The position numbers were made by a program, and so were the translations under genes. A stretch of 25,119 nucleotides of DNA from Candidatus Komeilibacteria bacterium RIFCSPHIGHO2_01_FULL_52_14 (GTDB lineage Bacteria; Patescibacteriota; Patescibacteriia; UBA1558; 2-01-FULL-52-15). Below the pieces are notes generated by a model that was not told the origin of the DNA, did not search any database, and saw only the letters and a list, made by a program, of their open reading frames with translations. Numbering within the stretch: position 1 is the stretch's first letter; each line of letters begins with the position of its first letter. Shown piece by piece: positions 17,728 through 25,119 of this stretch. The stretch is taken from positions 1 to 25,119 of the forward strand of contig MHKK01000037.1 in the NCBI GenBank assembly GCA_001818365.1, given 5' to 3'.

Positions 17728-19359
17728 ATGACGGAGATCTGGATTCTCATCGGGCTACTTGTGCTGATCGCAATGATCGGCAACTGGGGCACGGTCTGGA
17801 TGTTTGTCCGAACCGCGTCGCAGAGGATCTACCGAATGATCGTCAAGAATAAGCCGAAGTTCGGCAAGCAGGCACCGAGCGGCAAGAACAAACAGCGAGG
17901 TAAAAACATGCGCGGTAAAAGTACCTTGATCAGCATTGCTGTCGTACTTACCGGGCTGATCATAGCCGGCTTGAGCTACGTGATACCGTGGTACAACGGC
18001 CTGTTTGATGCTGAGTGGATAACGCTCAATGGTTCAGCTATGTGGATCGCCGACCTGCTCTACTGGCTGGTCACGTTGTCGCTCTTAATTGTAACGATTG
18101 TAGCCATTGTGGAACTCCGTAAATGGCTTAAATCGCGCCGACGCGACAAAACCACCGACACAACTGGAAAAGACTGGCACGCCTCCATTTGGTTTACCAT
18201 CGAGTTCCAGCACAGCGCTGCCGTCTACTGGTATTGGTTCGGTAGAGGAAAGATCAGGCGGACACGAGACGCGGGGACGTATTTTAAGTGGCCGTGGCTC
18301 GAGATCGTCGAGGTGATCACACGCAAGCTCGTCGATGTTGAAATTGAAACTCAACAGCTTCCTGCTGGCAGGATAGCACCGTCTGGCGCAGGAAGAGCGC
18401 GCCCGGAGGAAGCACATACGGACCGCGCACGTCTCGAAATAGATAAAGCACGCGCTCGTGAACGGCGTGTCAGCGGAACACTGTCATACAAATTTCGTAT
18501 GACGGTGTCTACGCGGTCTGCCAAGGAAACGGACGAGTACAAGGACGGTATTCAGACGATCCTGCAGTCGGACAAGTCCTACCGCGACTTCACCTCAAAG
18601 GAGTTCAGGGCGCGGTTCGGCGAACTTATCGCGGCACGTCTCAGAGAAGTGCTACCGCAGATGCCCTTTGAGGATGCTTTCTTTATCCCACCGATGGTGA
18701 TTCTGCTCGGCAGGACGGACGAGATCGCTGGCGACGATTCAGCTGTGAGCTCCAAACGCTGGCAGCGGCTGCAGGATGACAGTGCCAACGCCCCCAAAGA
18801 CGTACAACTGGTCGTTAAGGGCCTCAAGAAACCGATCAACATTTTCAGAATTGACCTGAACGAACCCGAACAGGTGGTCGCGGCCGTGAGGGAACGTTCC
18901 AATTCACTTCTCGCAACCTTCTTCAACCTGGGCTACAAGGTCACTCGGTTTGGCATCTCGGACATCAACCCGCCCGAGGAATTGCAGAACGCACTGAAGA
19001 AACTCGCCAATGCCGAGCTTGAGCGCGACGCACAGCTCACCGTCTATCAGTCACAGTTCGTCGACAAGGCAGAAGCCGAGCGAGATCAGCGAAACATTCA
19101 AGCCGACGCATCGAACTATACGTTCGAGGTGTTCGTGTCCAAAGCCGAGGAGGTAGCGAAAAAGTACAGTATCCCCTTGATGGTGGCCATGGAGTTCATG
19201 CGTTTCCTCGAAGATCGTCGGACTCGCAGACTGATGGAGGGCAGACTCCTCCAGGTCGACGTTAGTTCCGACAATCCGATACCGGCAGCGCTTCTCTCCC
19301 TCAGCAAGACCTTCGAAGATCTCCTGTCCGGTAAAACTGCACCGCCACAGAAGTCGTAG
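17728..19359 (+). CDS. membrane protein with a C-terminal SPFH / band-7 (stomatin/prohibitin/HflKC-like) domain
   Basis: Two to four N-terminal TM helices. The C-terminus (IFRIDLNEPEQVVAAVRERSNSL...ISDINPPEELQNALKKLANAELERDAQ...AEAERDQRNIQADA) follows the SPFH pattern. The ATG at 17728 has a GAGGAGG RBS 7 nt upstream. The ORF-track GTG at 17656 has no RBS. Confidence 0.7.
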   Translation: MTEIWILIGLLVLIAMIGNWGTVWMFVRTASQRIYRMIVKNKPKFGKQAPSGKNKQRGKNMRGKSTLISIAVVLTGLIIAGLSYVIPWYNGLFDAEWITLNGSAMWIADLLYWLVTLSLLIVTIVAIVELRKWLKSRRRDKTTDTTGKDWHASIWFTIEFQHSAAVYWYWFGRGKIRRTRDAGTYFKWPWLEIVEVITRKLVDVEIETQQLPAGRIAPSGAGRARPEEAHTDRARLEIDKARARERRVSGTLSYKFRMTVSTRSAKETDEYKDGIQTILQSDKSYRDFTSKEFRARFGELIAARLREVLPQMPFEDAFFIPPMVILLGRTDEIAGDDSAVSSKRWQRLQDDSANAPKDVQLVVKGLKKPINIFRIDLNEPEQVVAAVRERSNSLLATFFNLGYKVTRFGISDINPPEELQNALKKLANAELERDAQLTVYQSQFVDKAEAERDQRNIQADASNYTFEVFVSKAEEVAKKYSIPLMVAMEFMRFLEDRRTRRLMEGRLLQVDVSSDNPIPAALLSLSKTFEDLLSGKTAPPQKS

Positions 19360-19412
19360 TACCCCGGCGAAAAGCCGGAACGAGCCCCGCCAACGTGCGG
19401 ACAAGCTCAAAG

Positions 19413-19453
19413 CCCCCCACTTGCGAAGTATGCAGGTGGGGGGTTACTTATTT
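19413..19453 (+). terminator. rho-independent terminator after the SPFH gene; it may act bidirectionally together with two further hairpins
   Basis: CCCCCCACTTGC-GAAGTAT-GCAGGTGGGGGG is a 12-bp stem with one G.U pair, followed by TTACTTATTT. Further perfect hairpins GATCGCGCT-TACAA-AGCGCGATC (19454-19476) and GTCGAGC-TTA-GCTCGAC (19489-19505) lie in the same convergent gap. Confidence 0.6.
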
Positions 19454-19525
19454 GATCGCGCTTACAAAGCGCGATCATCCCGAGCGCAGTCGAGCTTAGC
19501 TCGACGTAGCCGAGGGATCTCAATA

Positions 19526-20503
19526 TTATGCAGTAGCGAGAATTGCAGAAACGTCCGCAGGCGAATCTGCCATCGTCAGCTTTTGACGCAGCTCCGAGGC
19601 CCGTTCATGTCCGCGGACATAATGCGTCAGATGACGCCGGATCTCGCGGAACGGTACGGAATTACGCGACCGGTCGAACAATGCCACATGATCGGCTAAA
19701 ATCATCTTGATCTTCTCCCATGCCATTGCATCGAATGACTCTGTCGCCAGATACTGCTTTACCTGAGCAATGACCCATGGCCTGCCGATGACACTCCGTG
19801 CAAGACCGAGCCCGTCTGCGCCGGTCTGATTGAGCACCTCGCGAGCGCTCTCAATCGTTGTGACGCCGCCGTTCGCAAGAACCGGACCATTCATAAAGCG
19901 CTCCTTAACCGCCCGGATAACGTCGGTGCGGATTCCTCCCTCGAACGGATCTTCAAAACTTCTGCCATGCACCATAATGGCGGCAAGCGGCAGATCCTGA
20001 ATATGTTCAAGCATATCAAGTACGGTAACGGCCGAACGGTCCGCGATGCCATGTGCCGCACTACGGATCGAAGCGCGGACTTTTATGGAAACTGGGATAG
20101 ATACGGCTTCAATGACTGCCGCAATAAGCCGCTTGCAAAGATCGGGATCCCGCATCAGGGCCGCACCGCAATAATTCCGCGCGATCTTGTGAGCAGGGCA
20201 GCCAAAGTTGATATCTATGCCCGCAACGCCGCGCTCTTCAACGAATCGAGCTGCTTGCGCCAGGACAGAAGGGTCTTTACCCATAAGCTGCACGACCAGC
20301 GGCTGCTCTTCGGGAGCAAAACGAAGCATATCGATGGTTTTCTTGGATTCATGAACCAAAGCATCCGCAGAAACCATTTCAGAATACACGACGTCGGCGC
20401 CGAAACGTTTTGCGATCTGACGGAATGCGGAGTCGGTTACGCCGACCATCGGCGCAAGCGCGATAATAGGGCGGGGGAGTGATTTCCAAAAATTGGTATC
20501 CAT
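19526..20503 (-). CDS. tRNA-dihydrouridine synthase (Dus family, TIM-barrel flavoprotein)
   Basis: PIIALAPMVGVTDSAFRQIAKRFGADVVYSEMVSA and LVVQLMGKDP are Dus signatures. The ATG (MDTNFW...) at + 20501-20503 is preferred over the ORF-track TTG at 20518. Confidence 0.85.
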   Translation of the reverse strand: MDTNFWKSLPRPIIALAPMVGVTDSAFRQIAKRFGADVVYSEMVSADALVHESKKTIDMLRFAPEEQPLVVQLMGKDPSVLAQAARFVEERGVAGIDINFGCPAHKIARNYCGAALMRDPDLCKRLIAAVIEAVSIPVSIKVRASIRSAAHGIADRSAVTVLDMLEHIQDLPLAAIMVHGRSFEDPFEGGIRTDVIRAVKERFMNGPVLANGGVTTIESAREVLNQTGADGLGLARSVIGRPWVIAQVKQYLATESFDAMAWEKIKMILADHVALFDRSRNSVPFREIRRHLTHYVRGHERASELRQKLTMADSPADVSAILATA

Positions 20504-20517
20504 AAAAATGATTCGCA

Positions 20518-20546
20518 ATCGTACCAGAATGCCGTCACCGCGTCAA
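20518..20546 (-). promoter_or_regulatory. putative sigma-70 promoter for dus on the minus strand: TTGACG, 17-nt spacer, TACGAT
   Basis: The reverse complement of + 20541-20546 is TTGACG. The reverse complement of + 20518-20523 is TACGAT. This gives a leader of about 8 nt. Confidence 0.3.
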
Positions 20547-20552
20547 CAAAAT

Positions 20553-20673
20553 CAGAATTTTGAATCTCGAATTTGGAATGTGGAATACAGAGGGGGATGC
20601 GCCATTCCAGTTTCTAGATTCTAAATTCAGATTTTAAATTCCAGATTCCAGATTCTAAATTCTAGATTCTAAA
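20553..20673. repeat. array of about five degenerate 13-14-bp direct repeats (consensus CYAGATTCTAAATT), plus an inverted, more diverged copy upstream, flanking a 25-bp G-rich core
   Basis: Direct units CTAGATTCTAAATT, CAGATTTTAAATT, CCAGATT, CCAGATTCTAAATT and CTAGATTCTAAACT span 20611-20673. The inverted arm GAATTTTGAATCTCGAATTTGGAATGTGGAAT spans 20555-20586. The core is ACAGAGGGGGATGCGCC. Confidence 0.7.
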
Positions 20674-21612
20674 CTACAGCCAGTTCCTTTTCTTGAAATA
20701 CGCGAGTATACCGGTTACCAGTAAACCCATACCGACGACAAGTATCCAAAAACCGTACGGATGAAGAACGAGCGGCATGCCGAGCGCATTCATGCCGAAG
20801 ATCGTTGCAACCAGCGTTGCCGGCAAGATGCTCACGGAGATCGCCGTCAAAACGCGCATCGCATCGTTCAGTTTGAATGAGATCAACGAATCATTCGCTT
20901 CCTGAAACGCATTGATCGTTTCTTTCAATATTTCCAAAATCTCCCAGATGTCTTTTGTCCGGTCAATGATGTTCCCAAAATACAAGGCAAGCCCGGGATG
21001 AAGAACAAAAACGCCCGGTATCGAAACGCCCACCAATTTCTTCAAAGTGCTCTTGTGCGCGTTAACGATTCGCCTGAAGTTAACGATGTTGCGCTTTATC
21101 AACAGGATCTTTCCGACCATCTGTTTTTCATGCCCAGAAAAAATATTATGCTCGATATTCCCGATATCCTCGGACATGTGATCGAGCATCGGGAAGACGC
21201 TTTCCTGCAATCTTCGCAGCGTCTCATACAAAAGATGCGCCGGCGTCTGATCGAGATATCGCTCGCGCATGATGTTACTCTTCAAGCAGTCGTCAAAAAA
21301 CTGATCCAGCACCGGATGCTTTCCGTCGCTCACCGTGATCAAATAGTCCGGACCGATAAAGAAATCGATTTCGGCCGGCCGGATCTCTTTTTCATGTCGG
21401 ACATAGTACGGAAAGAGGAGTATCAGAAAAACATACGCATCATAGGATTCGATCTTCGGCCGCTGCGCGATATTGATGCAGTCCTGCAGATCAAGCGGAT
21501 GGAACTGAAAATTATCCCGCAAAAATTGAATATCATCCTCCGTAGGTGAGACGATGTGTATCCAGTGAACGCGGTTCGATCGTATGAGTCGTACCCGATT
21601 GACCATTAGCAT
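20674..21612 (-). CDS. corA: magnesium/cobalt transporter CorA
   Basis: Has the GMN motif (IFGMNALGMP) followed by two C-terminal TM helices and KKRNWL. The N-terminal region is acidic. The start at + 21610-21612 (MLMVNR...) has AGGAGGTG 9 nt upstream on the minus strand. The ORF-track start at 21654 lacks an RBS. Confidence 0.85.
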   Translation of the reverse strand: MLMVNRVRLIRSNRVHWIHIVSPTEDDIQFLRDNFQFHPLDLQDCINIAQRPKIESYDAYVFLILLFPYYVRHEKEIRPAEIDFFIGPDYLITVSDGKHPVLDQFFDDCLKSNIMRERYLDQTPAHLLYETLRRLQESVFPMLDHMSEDIGNIEHNIFSGHEKQMVGKILLIKRNIVNFRRIVNAHKSTLKKLVGVSIPGVFVLHPGLALYFGNIIDRTKDIWEILEILKETINAFQEANDSLISFKLNDAMRVLTAISVSILPATLVATIFGMNALGMPLVLHPYGFWILVVGMGLLVTGILAYFKKRNWL

Positions 21613-21637
21613 GAGTATACCACCTCCTGCGAAAAAC

Positions 21638-21646
21638 TGGTATAAT
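21638..21646 (+). promoter_or_regulatory. extended -10 promoter element TGgTATAAT, 7 nt upstream of the ATG at 21653. It predicts a leaderless mRNA. The same hexamer reads ATTATA on the opposite strand and may serve the divergent corA promoter.
   Basis: The sequence is CTGGTATAATTGCGCCATGG, and the ATG sits at the expected TSS distance. Confidence 0.4.
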
Positions 21647-21652
21647 TGCGCC

Positions 21653-22126
21653 ATGGTAGAGAGTTCTCAAGAGCGAATTCCCCAGCGCACCAACGAGCAG
21701 CCAGCTCCGATGCGGCAGACCGAGCGGGAATCAAAACTCGAGCAGGCGTCCGAGCGTCAACGGTCGGCTGATGAGCAGGCGGCAGCCGCAGTTGCCGCTA
21801 AAATTCGTGAAACCGCGGGTGCCAGACCGGCGATCATGGTGACGGCCAAGGATCCGGAACTCAAAGCAATCGAAGATATTCTTGCCGAGGGTTTGGAGGA
21901 ATTTTTTTTAAACCTGCCGCCGTCGGACCAGCAATCATTTAAACGAACAGGCGAGGAAACGGCGCAGAAAATACGGATTGTCATACGGAAGAAAACATCG
22001 CGCATCAAGGATATCGTTGCATTGATCGCAAAATGGCTTAAAGCGCTCCCCGGCATCAATCGTTTTTTTCTTGAGCAGGAAGCGAAGATCAAGGCCGACA
22101 AGATAGTTCAGCGTTTCCGATTATGA
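21653..22126 (+). CDS. small hypothetical protein (about 158 aa from the ATG at 21653) with a low-complexity Q/E/R/A-rich N-terminus and a conserved-looking C-terminal half. It is start/stop coupled (ATGA) to the downstream 829-aa gene.
   Basis: The open frame overlaps the downstream gene by 4 nt. The ORF-track start at 21584 would overlap corA. The internal M at MVTAKDPELK is an alternative start. Confidence 0.45.
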   Translation: MVESSQERIPQRTNEQPAPMRQTERESKLEQASERQRSADEQAAAAVAAKIRETAGARPAIMVTAKDPELKAIEDILAEGLEEFFLNLPPSDQQSFKRTGEETAQKIRIVIRKKTSRIKDIVALIAKWLKALPGINRFFLEQEAKIKADKIVQRFRL

Positions 22127-24612
22127 TCTGGCAACTGATCGCGATTCTGATCTTACTTCTGTTTGCTTTCACACTCGTGATCCTTTTTCGCGTTGTTTTG
22201 AAAAATAGAAAGCGCCGCAGCTACAAACACGACATACTGCTCATCACCATACCGAAGTATGCCGATCTTGGTAGCAAGCAGGAAATCCCGATTAAAGAGC
22301 GCCTTTCGCAGGTAGAAAACCTTTTTGCATCGCTCGCGTCAACCCGGGCAGAACGCGGCATCGAGCCCTATTTTACGGGCAGAAGCGACCACTTTGCTTT
22401 GGAAATGGTTTCACATGACGGAAGCATAGGTTTTTACGCAGCACTCCCGCCGCAAGCCACCGAATTTTTTATCCAGCAGACGCAGGCCGTCTACCCGCAC
22501 GCGCACTTTGAGCGCGTCTCCGACTATAATATTTTCCAGCCGCATGCCGCCGTCTTAAGCGGCCATCTCGTCTTCAGGAGGCATTTTATTTTTCCGCTGA
22601 AAACATATCGCTCGTTCGATCACGATCCGATGGATGCCGTGATGAGCGCCCTGTCCAAAATTCCCCGCGATTCGGGAGCCACCATTCAGTTCGTTATTCG
22701 CTCGGCACGCAAGGAATGGCATGCGGAGGGACGTCGCATCAGCAAAGAAGCGTATCGCACCTCGTCGCTTCAGGAAGCGTTGAAGAGCGCAAAATCCAAG
22801 AGCGGTTCTTCTGTGGTTTTCCACGCGCTCGGCAGCACGGCACGCGTCGTCGGCTCGACGTTCGTAAGCACGCCGAAAAAGGACAAAGAAAAAATACCGA
22901 CCATGCAGCAGCATACCTTGACTCCACAGGAACAGGAGGCGGTCAAAGCGATCGAGGAAAAAAATAATAAGGGCGGCTTTGACGTCAACATCCGCATCAT
23001 CGTTTCGGCTCCGGACTCGCAGCATGCGGAAGCGCATCTGCGAAACATCATGAACGCCTTCGGCCAGTACAACAGTTACGAATTCGGCAACGCGTTCAAG
23101 CCGCTCTTTCATCATTCGCACGACAAGATTGTCAATGATTTTATTTACCGGTACTTCAATCCGGCAGCTTCCCTCCTGCTGAACTCAGAGGAAATGGTCT
23201 CACTTTTCCATCTGCCGGAACGCACGACCGTATCCAATGTGCTGTGGCAAAAAGCGCGAAGCGCTCCGCCGCCGATGGAGATGCCCACGGAAGGAATTCT
23301 GTTCGGTCATTCAGTGTATCAGGGAGCGACGGTCGAGGTCCGCATGAAAGACACTGACCGGCAACGGCACGTATACATGATCGGGCAGACCGGTACCGGA
23401 AAATCGAATCTTCTGGAGTCCCTGGCGGTGCAGGACATCAAAAGGGGAGCAGGCGTATGCGTGATCGACCCGCACGGCGATCTGGTTGATCATATTCTGG
23501 GGAATGTCCCTCCTGAGCGGTACAAAGACGTCATTATTTTCGATCCTTCCGATACGGACCGGCCGCTCGCACTCAACATGATGGAATTTACAACGCCGGA
23601 GCAGAAGACCTTTGTCATCAACGAGATGATATATATCTTCGATAAGCTCTATGACCTTAAAACAACCGGGGGCCCCATGTTCGAACAATACATGCGGAAC
23701 ACCATGTTGTTGATGATGGAGGACCCCGCGTCCGGTTCGACGCTGTTGGAAATTCCAAGGGTACTGGCGGACGAAAAATTCAGACGCTACAAGCTCACGA
23801 TGACAAAAAACCCGGTCGTCCGCGATTTCTGGGAGAAGGAAGCCCACAAGGCGGGCGGCGATGCGTCCCTTGCCAACATGGTGCCTTACATCACGAGTAA
23901 GCTGAATCAGTTCATCGCGAACGATATCATGCGGCCGATCATCGCACAGCAGAACAGCTCGTTCAATTTCCGCGACGTGATGGACTCCCAAAAGATACTG
24001 CTGATAAACCTTTCAAAGGGACGCATCGGGGACCTCAACAGCATGCTGCTCGGCATGATCTGCGTCGGGAAACTTTTGATGGCGGCGTTGAGCAGGGTGG
24101 ACGTCGAGAAGGAGCTTCGCAAAGATTTCTACCTTTATATCGACGAGTTTCAGAACTTCGTGACGGAGAGCATTGCCGTCATACTCTCCGAAGCCCGAAA
24201 GTACAAGCTCAACCTGACGATGGCGCATCAGTACATAAATCAGCTGGTGAAGAACAACAACACCAACGTCAAAGACGCCGTCTTCGGCAACGTCGGCACC
24301 ATCATCGCTTTCCGCGTTGGCGTTGACGATGCCGAGCCCATTGCTCAGCAGTTCGCTCCCGTGTTCGATAAATTCGACGTCATGAATATCGAAAAATACC
24401 ATTGCTATATCCGTCTCCTGATCGACAATCAAAACCCGCCGGCGTTCAGTTTTAAGCCGACACGGCCGCCTGCCGGCAACCGGGCCGTTGCGCAGTTACT
24501 CCGTGAGCAGTCCCGTCTCCGCTACGGGCGCCCGCGGGCGGAGCTTGAAAAGGAGATATTCACCCGAACGAGCATACCTGCGGCTCCCGCCCCCTTGCCG
24601 CCGATTGCGTAA
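22123..24612 (+). CDS. membrane-anchored FtsK/HerA-superfamily ATPase (829 aa). It is a single-polypeptide paralogue of the gene pair 7425-8948 plus 8948-10687.
   Basis: N-terminal TM helix. The N-terminal half aligns to the 507-aa protein. The C-terminal half has Walker A YMIGQTGTGKSN, VIDPHGD, Walker B LYIDEFQNF, and EARKYKLNLTMAHQYINQL. It has no zinc-ribbon tail. Confidence 0.85.
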   Translation: MIWQLIAILILLLFAFTLVILFRVVLKNRKRRSYKHDILLITIPKYADLGSKQEIPIKERLSQVENLFASLASTRAERGIEPYFTGRSDHFALEMVSHDGSIGFYAALPPQATEFFIQQTQAVYPHAHFERVSDYNIFQPHAAVLSGHLVFRRHFIFPLKTYRSFDHDPMDAVMSALSKIPRDSGATIQFVIRSARKEWHAEGRRISKEAYRTSSLQEALKSAKSKSGSSVVFHALGSTARVVGSTFVSTPKKDKEKIPTMQQHTLTPQEQEAVKAIEEKNNKGGFDVNIRIIVSAPDSQHAEAHLRNIMNAFGQYNSYEFGNAFKPLFHHSHDKIVNDFIYRYFNPAASLLLNSEEMVSLFHLPERTTVSNVLWQKARSAPPPMEMPTEGILFGHSVYQGATVEVRMKDTDRQRHVYMIGQTGTGKSNLLESLAVQDIKRGAGVCVIDPHGDLVDHILGNVPPERYKDVIIFDPSDTDRPLALNMMEFTTPEQKTFVINEMIYIFDKLYDLKTTGGPMFEQYMRNTMLLMMEDPASGSTLLEIPRVLADEKFRRYKLTMTKNPVVRDFWEKEAHKAGGDASLANMVPYITSKLNQFIANDIMRPIIAQQNSSFNFRDVMDSQKILLINLSKGRIGDLNSMLLGMICVGKLLMAALSRVDVEKELRKDFYLYIDEFQNFVTESIAVILSEARKYKLNLTMAHQYINQLVKNNNTNVKDAVFGNVGTIIAFRVGVDDAEPIAQQFAPVFDKFDVMNIEKYHCYIRLLIDNQNPPAFSFKPTRPPAGNRAVAQLLREQSRLRYGRPRAELEKEIFTRTSIPAAPAPLPPIA

Positions 24613-24625
24613 ATCTGGTATAGTG

Positions 24626-24703
24626 AACTTGTCAAAAACAAAACAAAAAAGAAAACAAAAACAGAGACAGAATCGAAACACAAACGGCTAAGACAAAAAG
24701 CAA
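24626..24703 (+). repeat. A/C-rich low-complexity tract (AAACAAAACAAAAAAGAAAACAAAAACAGAGACAG...) forming the 5' leader of the next ORF
   Basis: About 80 nt that are almost devoid of T and G on the + strand. Confidence 0.6.
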
Positions 24704-25119
24704 ATGCCTGATGTAAACAAAATCAAGGAGCTTGAGGAGTTTATTGTCAAACAGGAACTCGAGCTCAAAAAAATGAAAATCATTCTCGAGGAGCTGAAAG
24801 GCAAATCCTCGAGCCAGGCTGTCGACTACGTAATTAAGGCATCCGAGGTCGGCACCGAACACGAATCCGACGAAGGCCTTGTCATTGAAGGTGTGTTTGA
24901 CGGACAGCATATGATAGGGCCGGACGGGAAGAAATATTCCGTTCCGGCGAACTATGCGTCAAAGTCAAAACTCGTGGAAGGTGACATTTTAAAGCTGACG
25001 ATCGACCGCCAAGGCAATTTCATTTATAAACAGATCGGCCCTATCGAACGGAGGCGCCTGATCGGATCGCTCGTCAAGGATCGGGAGAAAGGGGAGTACG
25101 TCGTACTTGCCGGCGATAA
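24704..25119 (+). CDS. hypothetical protein, N-terminal 138 codons; the ORF runs off the window end. It is not in the supplied ORF track.
   Basis: The open frame from the ATG at 24704 runs to the window end with no stop and has protein-like composition (MPDVNKIKELEEFIVKQELELKKMKIILEELKGK...GPDGKKYSVPANYASKSKLVEGDILKLTIDRQGNFIYKQIGPIERRRLIGSLVKD). No family recognised. Confidence 0.5.
   Translation, partial: MPDVNKIKELEEFIVKQELELKKMKIILEELKGKSSSQAVDYVIKASEVGTEHESDEGLVIEGVFDGQHMIGPDGKKYSVPANYASKSKLVEGDILKLTIDRQGNFIYKQIGPIERRRLIGSLVKDREKGEYVVLAGD

Noticed and set aside
20603-20673. Possible CRISPR array
   Set aside because: The repeat unit is only 13-14 bp with no unique spacers between units, and no cas genes are nearby. 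It is a simple tandem repeat.
24488-24691. ORFs of 67 and 61 aa overlapping the end of the 829-aa gene and the A/C-rich tract
   Set aside because: Their translations are lysine/glutamine/arginine low-complexity strings derived from the homopolymer-like tract. There is no RBS or start context.

Overview
The window is a gene-dense, single-strand-biased bacterial segment (GC about 52%). Gene content and the compact layout suggest a CPR/Patescibacteria-like genome; this is inference only. Genes in order:
- the 3' end of murB
- hpf-secA-secD-secF; secD carries an embedded parvulin-type PPIase domain
- a locus of a sigma-70 region-4/HARE-HTH protein, a single-pass membrane protein, a HerA/VirB4-like P-loop ATPase with a C-terminal zinc ribbon, and two tandem type IV pilin genes with long structured leaders
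- a CIRCE-controlled hrcA-grpE-hsp20-(Zn-ribbon ORF)-dnaK-(small ORF)-dnaJ heat-shock operon
- an SPFH/band-7 membrane protein behind a perfect consensus sigma-70 promoter
- a convergent tRNA-dihydrouridine synthase and corA, separated by a 14-bp tandem/inverted repeat array
- a second HerA/VirB4-like ATPase in which the membrane protein and the ATPase of the first locus are fused into one 829-aa protein, preceded by a small unknown ORF
- the 5' part of an unknown ORF that runs off the window end.
No rRNA, tRNA, CRISPR or transposase was recognised. The most interesting element is the paralogous split/fused membrane-ATPase module adjacent to pilins; I propose it is an uncharacterised pilus-associated translocation system. 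Coordinates of fine-scale motifs are good to about +/-1 nt.
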